A stretch of 40,281 bases of DNA from Spirogloea muscicola (Eukaryota). Below the pieces are notes generated by a model. The model worked only from the letters and a program-made list of their open reading frames with translations, had not been told where the DNA came from and did no database searches. The translations under genes and the position numbers were made by a program. Below, one piece after another: positions 35,201-40,281 of this stretch (the first letter of the stretch is position 1; each line of letters starts with the position of its first letter). The stretch lies in assembly GCA_009602725.1 (NCBI GenBank), contig WELB01000024.1, positions 733,764 through 774,044 of the forward strand. The letters are read 5' to 3'.

Positions 35201-36939
35201 ATGTCTACTTAAGCAGTTTCCTGCAGAAAATAGAATGCTCACCGTCCGTGCCAATGTAGATGGACCACTAAAGCCAGTGGACTTATGTACTGAGTCATAC
35301 CACCAGGAAGCCCACAGACCATCTTCTGATTTAGGTCCGGCTTTCCAACTGGTAATGCATGTTAGATGCAACCAAGCAACACTTGCATGAGGGTCCAGGA
35401 TGGCAACAAAGCAACTGACAATCTAGCCACAAATAAGTCGGAGATGACTCCTCACAGTGACACGAGCTTTGCTTGGAAGCAACTGAAACCATCTAGCCAT
35501 AAGACCCTTGAGAGTTCTTGCAATCATAAAACATACTGTACCTGAGCATTCCCTTGTCAAAGGACAGGCTCAGGGCTGCACACAGAGATCTCAAAGTGCC
35601 CTCCGGATTGCTTTGCAGGTCCGATGAAAGGACCACAGGGGGTTCACAACCCATGCCTCTTAACTGGCTGTGGGCAATGGGCAACAATGATGTATCGGGG
35701 GAGAGAATTGGGAATGGCAGTTCCACATCACCAAGCTGGCAGTCTTGTAAGTCACACCCTGACACATTGCAACGGCCCAGTCTACTACTCACAGAAGTTG
35801 TTAGGTGCTATTGCTGTCATACATTCTTGACATTGCAGCTGGTCGCAGGGCCAAGCCTACTCAGTACAGCGTGCTGTCTCAGAGAGCTTCAACCAACACG
35901 CTGTCTCAGAGAGCTTTGACTACGTGCTTTGAATGTAGGTAACTATCACAGGCTACATCGTAGTGCTGGTGCTCAGTAGCTCACAGAAGATCCACCATAG
36001 AGCAGCACTGTATGCCAACCTGAAAATCTGCACAAGTGCAGGAAAGCCAAGCTCTTCCAGAGTCGCTGGTACTTGCTTGTTGAAAGACTGAAGACTTTCC
36101 AAAGGATCTCTCAGTAGTAAGACATGTCGGCCCCCGGTGATTATAAGGTCGTCCAGATGAGAAGTGCGATGCTTTGCCATGTGTTTGACAAAGAGCACCT
36201 TCTTCTCACGAGGACCATAGATGACATTGTGCACAACCCTGTTGCCATCTGCTTAAAGATGAAAGCCTCTGTTCAGAAGGTCGGCTCCTACTGTGCTTCA
36301 ACAGCTCGCCAAGCATGCTTGAGGTGCGAGCTGTGCAGAGGCCTTATGAACAGCTTGCAGACTTGTCCTTCAGCATACGTCCCAGTCAAGGGAAGGCAAG
36401 GAAACCTTGCAGACCTTGATACGGTGGACATTCGACAAAGCTTGAAAGGCTATGCACATAGCTGGCCGCCAGCTGTCATGCTATACCTGAATCCATGCTG
36501 TTCAGAAGCTCTTCGCGATACGGTCTCTGGACCTTCGGATTGACGCTCAAATAGTGGGCATAAAGTGGCTCATCAAGCACCTGTTGCGTATCTGAGAGAT
36601 GATAAGAGCGACGAAGTGCACAACAGGTGACAAAGTCCACATGATACTGTCTCAATGTGAAACCTTTGGCGTCAGACCTGAAGGGAGGGACCACATCTCC
36701 TGTCGGGATTGATTGCCCGACTTGGGCAAACACAGCAACAGCAGCAGCAACGAAAGTAACATTGTCAAAGTACAAAGGCACAAGTGACAGTCTGAAGTCG
36801 TCAATTCTATCAACCGGCCCATGCTGCACGGGCTGCGCACCTGTGTGTCGTCCCGCTGGGCGAAGGAGTACATAAGGCTTGTGCTGAGGCTCCTTGGGGC
36901 GGACCAGACATTGATGCAGAAGGGGTCCGCTGCCGCCAT
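32213..36939 (-). CDS. Branched-chain amino acid aminotransferase-like protein (N-terminal sulfotransferase-like P-loop domain + class IV PLP aminotransferase); ~12 exons
   Basis: MAAADPFCINVWSAPRSLSTSLMYSFAQRDDT, LDEPLYAHYL, VKHMAKH, LLRDP, WASWWYDSVHKSTGF; then SVLDSIVQGGDGCWEGLRIY, HVRLTLTRGKKVTSGMSPEFN, DSKIHHNNLINNILAKVE, VSETNATNVF, CLPGITR, TTGTMGELSPV. Confidence 0.93.
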
Positions 36940-37261
36940 GCCAAGTTGTGGCTCAAGACGAGGCAAACTGCTGGATGAGGAGGCTTCTGAAAGGGTCAGC
37001 AGGAACAATGCACAAGCAGCGGTCGAGGGGCGCAGCCGCGGGGCAAGCTGTTGGAGAGGGAGGCTGCTGACAGCGTTCGGCGTTGGGTCAGAGAGCGTGC
37101 GCGCTCAAAGACACAGACAGGGACACTGCAGCTCGTTCGACAAGGCGTCAATAAGAAGCCCGCCGCGCATGAAGTGGAAATGGCTACATGAAAAGGAACG
37201 ACAACAAAGAAACTGCGCTTTCAGATTGACAGCAGTGGCTGTGGAAAGACGAAGTGGTTCT

Positions 37262-37312
37262 CCCACTGGGGGCAAGGGCTGTGAAAAGCCAGCCCGAAAA
37301 GAATGACAAAGT
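37262..37312 (-). mobile_element. Solo retroelement 3'-UTR hairpin fragment
   Basis: Minus strand TTGTCATTCTTTTCGGGCTGGCTTTTCACAGCCC. Confidence 0.6.
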
Positions 37313-37327
37313 CGGTGGCTGCTGATT

Positions 37328-37400
37328 TAAAAGATGAGCTCGCCCATAGAAGAGAGGGGCTGGCAGAAGCCAGCCAAAAAAGAATGGACAATATCCAAAG
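37328..37400 (-). mobile_element. Solo retroelement 3'-UTR fragment (A/B-like)
   Basis: Minus strand TTGTCCATTCTTTTTTGGCTGGCTTCTGCCAGCCCC...TGGGCGAGCTC. Confidence 0.7.
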
Positions 37401-38920
37401 AGCTCCAACACAAAGGAATCGGCTGTATACTGCCAGCCAGATGCATACAGGTGTTCATGACGGAACCGAAGGCTAGGCAGACAGGGCGCCCTCAATACCC
37501 CAAAGAGCAAGGCGATGGAGGGGGAAGAGATGCGCGGACCTTTCAGTGAGGAGGAGGATACTTTGCTGCTCGTTGCCCGATATATTTATGGGAATCGGTG
37601 GTTCCACGTGGAGAAGTGCATACCCCGAAGGTAAAATGCTGGACACAATGCATTTGTCCTATCCACTTATTTATGTTTTAAAGCCGTAGAGAGCACTGTT
37701 GATGTGAAGCTGTTGACGATCTCAGGGTGGCAGGCCAGAGCAACAAGCACTGGCATGGCATACTCAAGGGAAGATACAAGAAGGAGCCTTGGTGCGAACG
37801 GGTTCTTGCACCCCCTCCAGAACTTGTTACTGCTGGACGGTACTCCATGACAGAGAAGCCTTTCTAGTGGCAAGATGGAAGTGGCGAATTACAGGTATGT
37901 AGAGGTAATCAGCATATATAGTATTTCTCAGAGAATTGACTGTGCTATGGTCCTAGTCCTGCTCTGTGTCAATACCCTTCTGTGTATAGCACGTTCTCAT
38001 TGATTCGCGCATACATCAAAGCGTGTCACATTCGTAGCGCCTGTTAACGCATCTCCCTCTGCCGCGTTTGATAGCTGCAAGGTTGTTATGTGCATGTGCA
38101 CCTTTACACCACTTAGCGTGTCCTTGGCTAGCATTGGTAGGCAGAGCGCCTTGGACACTAGCGGAGTGGAGATGACACAAAGCCGAGGAGACAGATTGGC
38201 AATTGCTTGCGCGGAGAGGTAAAGAGATAAATGCCTCAATCAGATCAATTACCTATCTGACACAAGCTGTTTGACTACGCTGCTGATCATATTATGGTGT
38301 TGCATACCCACGTTGTTAATGCGCTGGTTTTTGAAAGCGGCTGAAGCTAGCCAAGTGCGTGAAATAGCGTGAAGGGCGTATAACGCAATGGAGCTCAAAA
38401 GTCTAGGATGAACCATGTCAAAACAGCCTCATCAGCAGACACCCTGGTTAGCAGAAAGAGGAGGCGAGTGCCATGCCAGTATCACCATGGTGGGGTTGCA
38501 GAGCGAGCGAGCATGCGGCTTCATGTGAAGAAGAAGCGGCTAATCCAAAGGGGGCAAGGTTTGTGTAAGCCAGCTTACAATTGAATGAAAATGTACGGGA
38601 CAGAATAGGCTCTTCCAAAGAAGTGGAAGCACGAAGCTCTGCCAATTGAGGCGATGGCTGTCAAGAAAATAGCTCGTCCAAAGTGGCGAGGCCAGCCAAA
38701 AATGGAGGGACTAAGCCCAAGGGGGCTGAGTGCGTGAACCGCACAGCCAAGAAGCGACAGTGACTGGGAAAGGCCATACATCTCCATGTTGGAGTAATCA
38801 TTGCCATGCCTTGTACGTTCTTTTCGGGCTGGCCCCTCGCATCCCTCCCCCCCTTCTGGAAGAGCTGCGTCCTTGTCCTTTCTTCATGCTGGCCCTTTCT
38901 TCATGCTGGCCTTTCACAGC

Positions 38921-39260
38921 AGAAGAAGGGCTCGCCCATTGAGAATATGGGCTGGAACAGCCAGCCCAAAAGAGAGAGAGAATGAACAGAGTACAAGAAG
39001 AGGGGGGGGGAAGCCAGGCGAAGCAGCAGAAATGACAAGCACACAAGAAAAAACAAAGCAGCTACTAACCACTCAGTAACCCCTGCTAAGCAGGCGCAGG
39101 TCGGAGAGGCTATGCTCCTGGAAGTATGTCCCCTGGCCAGAGCCAGAGGCAGCAGCAAGGGCTCGGCCAGCACGCAGGTGCAGCGCACGGGCCATGGACC
39201 TCTGCAGCGAGACGGCCAGGCGCATGCGATACACCTGGGCCAACGACCCGGCGGCGGGGA
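38921..39260 (-). mobile_element. 5'-truncated retrotransposon (subfamily B) with complete 3' end and 5-bp TSD
   Basis: FPAAGSLAQVYRMRLAVSLQRSMARALHLRAGRALAAASGSGQGTYFQEHSLSDLRLLSRGY* (stop 39073); ACAGC at 38916-38920 and 39261-39265. Confidence 0.9.
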
Positions 39261-39454
39261 ACAGCCCTCGCCCCACTCGAAGAGCTGCTTCTTCTTCTTC
39301 TTCTTCGGAAGCACGAGCACTAAGCACCAGCACTAGCTTCTGCCTGGAAATTTATTGGCTTGGGTTGGAATACCCTTCATTTTACGTGCACCACGCGCCA
39401 TCTTCCATTTTACTTCATTTTTCGGAAGATCGAGCTTCAATTCGTAGGAGAACA

Positions 39455-39570
39455 TTCGCTGTGCTTTGACACATTGGTGGCCCCTTCGAACTTTGTTTAA
39501 TCTCTTTTTGGGCTGGCCAATCACAGCCATCGGCCTCTACTGGAAGAGTCTTTCTTCTTCGAGAGAGGGC
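39455..39570 (+). mobile_element. Solo 3' UTR, subfamily F-like
   Basis: CCCCTTCGAA..GGGCTGGCC..CAGCCATCG..CTACTGGAAGAGTCT shared with 15595-15665 minus; also similar to 4185-4218 minus. Confidence 0.7.
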
Positions 39571-39844
39571 GCGCGGTGCGCATGTGATTTTAGTGGGAGG
39601 CCAACCCTAGCCTTTCAGATGTCCTGTTACTGGGTAATGAGCTGGCTAAGGGGGACACCAGTATCCCCGAATGAGCACATGCAAATCTGACCAGCTATAC
39701 TGAGGCGCCAAACCACCACCACGGAAGCCACTAGCCTGGGCTAATGCACGACCAGCTGGTATATCGTGAGTGCCTGGGAGCACTGTAGACTCAACGATCT
39801 TCGAGGGATGAGCTTACTTTCTCTTCACGGGGAGTGAAGCCAAG

Positions 39845-39907
39845 CGATGGGCATGTCGGCAGCCCACTTGTCATTTTTGCGACGTCGTGTGTCAGCCTGT
39901 TTGCAAC
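39845..39907 (+). mobile_element. Short subfamily C coding fragment followed by a 20-bp tandem duplication (39903-39942)
   Basis: MGMSAAHLSFLRRRVSACLQ vs VGMPAAYLSFLRH*VSACLQ at ~20550-20610. Confidence 0.75.
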
Positions 39908-40024
39908 CCACCTACCCTGTTAGCAACCCACCTACCCTGTTAGGTCGCAGGCGCCGCCGCCGCCGCCGCCGCCGCCCCTCCTACACCCCGGGCCGCCGCC
40001 GGCGTCACTGCCGGCGGCGCCCGC

Positions 40025-40116
40025 CAAAGAAAGAAAGCAGCTACAAATTACTCAGTAACCCCTGCTAAGCAGCCGCAAATCAGAGAGGCTAGGGTCCTGG
40101 AAGTGGGTCCCCTGGA
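40025..40116 (-). mobile_element. Subfamily A 3' fragment, identical to 13349-13440
   Basis: 92/92 identity by manual comparison; QGTHFQDPSLSDLRLLSRGY*. Confidence 0.92.
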
Positions 40117-40281
40117 GGCCTTTCGGACATCGCTTCAACTCTTCCTCGGCCTCCCACCTAATTGCCTGATTGGGGTGCGCCAGTGCGAGTGCGGCTTCCG
40201 TGCAGAGGGTGCTGTGCTCGCCACTCACATGCTGAGATGCCCCACTGGACCAGAAGTGGTGGGCATTCACAACCTCCTTCG
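40117..40281 (+). mobile_element. Subfamily C zinc-knuckle region, continuing beyond the window
   Basis: AFRTSLQLFLGLPPNCLIGVRQCECGFRAEGAVLATHMLRCPTGPEVVGIHNLL, homologous to ~21000-21165 minus. Confidence 0.9.

Noticed and set aside
32213..36939. P-loop + aminotransferase fusion as a novelty
   Set aside because: This two-domain architecture is already known for plant BCAT-like proteins.
37550..38700. Possible decayed transposon or gene on the minus strand
   Set aside because: No motif I could identify with confidence; needs a translated database search.
40025..40281. Classical twin-priming inversion
   Set aside because: The geometry fits, but the two arms match different subfamilies (A and C), so a single RNA template is unlikely; kept under head-to-head fusions.

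Overview
Eukaryotic nuclear DNA with spliceosomal GT-AG introns; gene content and protein motifs are plant-like, so a streptophyte green alga or early land plant is inferred (species not identifiable from sequence alone). Eight intron-containing genes can be reconstructed: a secreted bacterial-type cupredoxin fused to an extensin-like/His-rich tail (130-1763 +), an early-nodulin-like phytocyanin (5894-7641 +), an SLC35C2-like TPT-family transporter (8477-11813 -), a DUF3493 LPA1-like plastid protein (17808-19775 +), an unknown largely low-complexity protein with a glycine-zipper hairpin (~22202-24891 +), ENY2/Sus1 (25178-26335 -), DDX46/Prp5 (26627-31374 +) and a P-loop + class IV aminotransferase fusion (32213-36939 -). 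Intergenic DNA is packed with 5'-truncated fragments of several related non-LTR retrotransposon subfamilies of the restriction-like-endonuclease (CRE-like) type, plus a mosaic NUMT (nad4 + mitochondrial SSU rRNA 5' end) and an 840-N gap. The most unusual signals are in the retroelements: a conserved 3'-UTR stem-loop in 11 copies, no poly(A) tail, repeated head-to-head fusions of two 5'-truncated copies (sometimes of different subfamilies), and antisense insertions into the 3' UTRs of relatives at an AGC site. Subfamily labels A-F below are my own. All calls are by eye; no database search was run.
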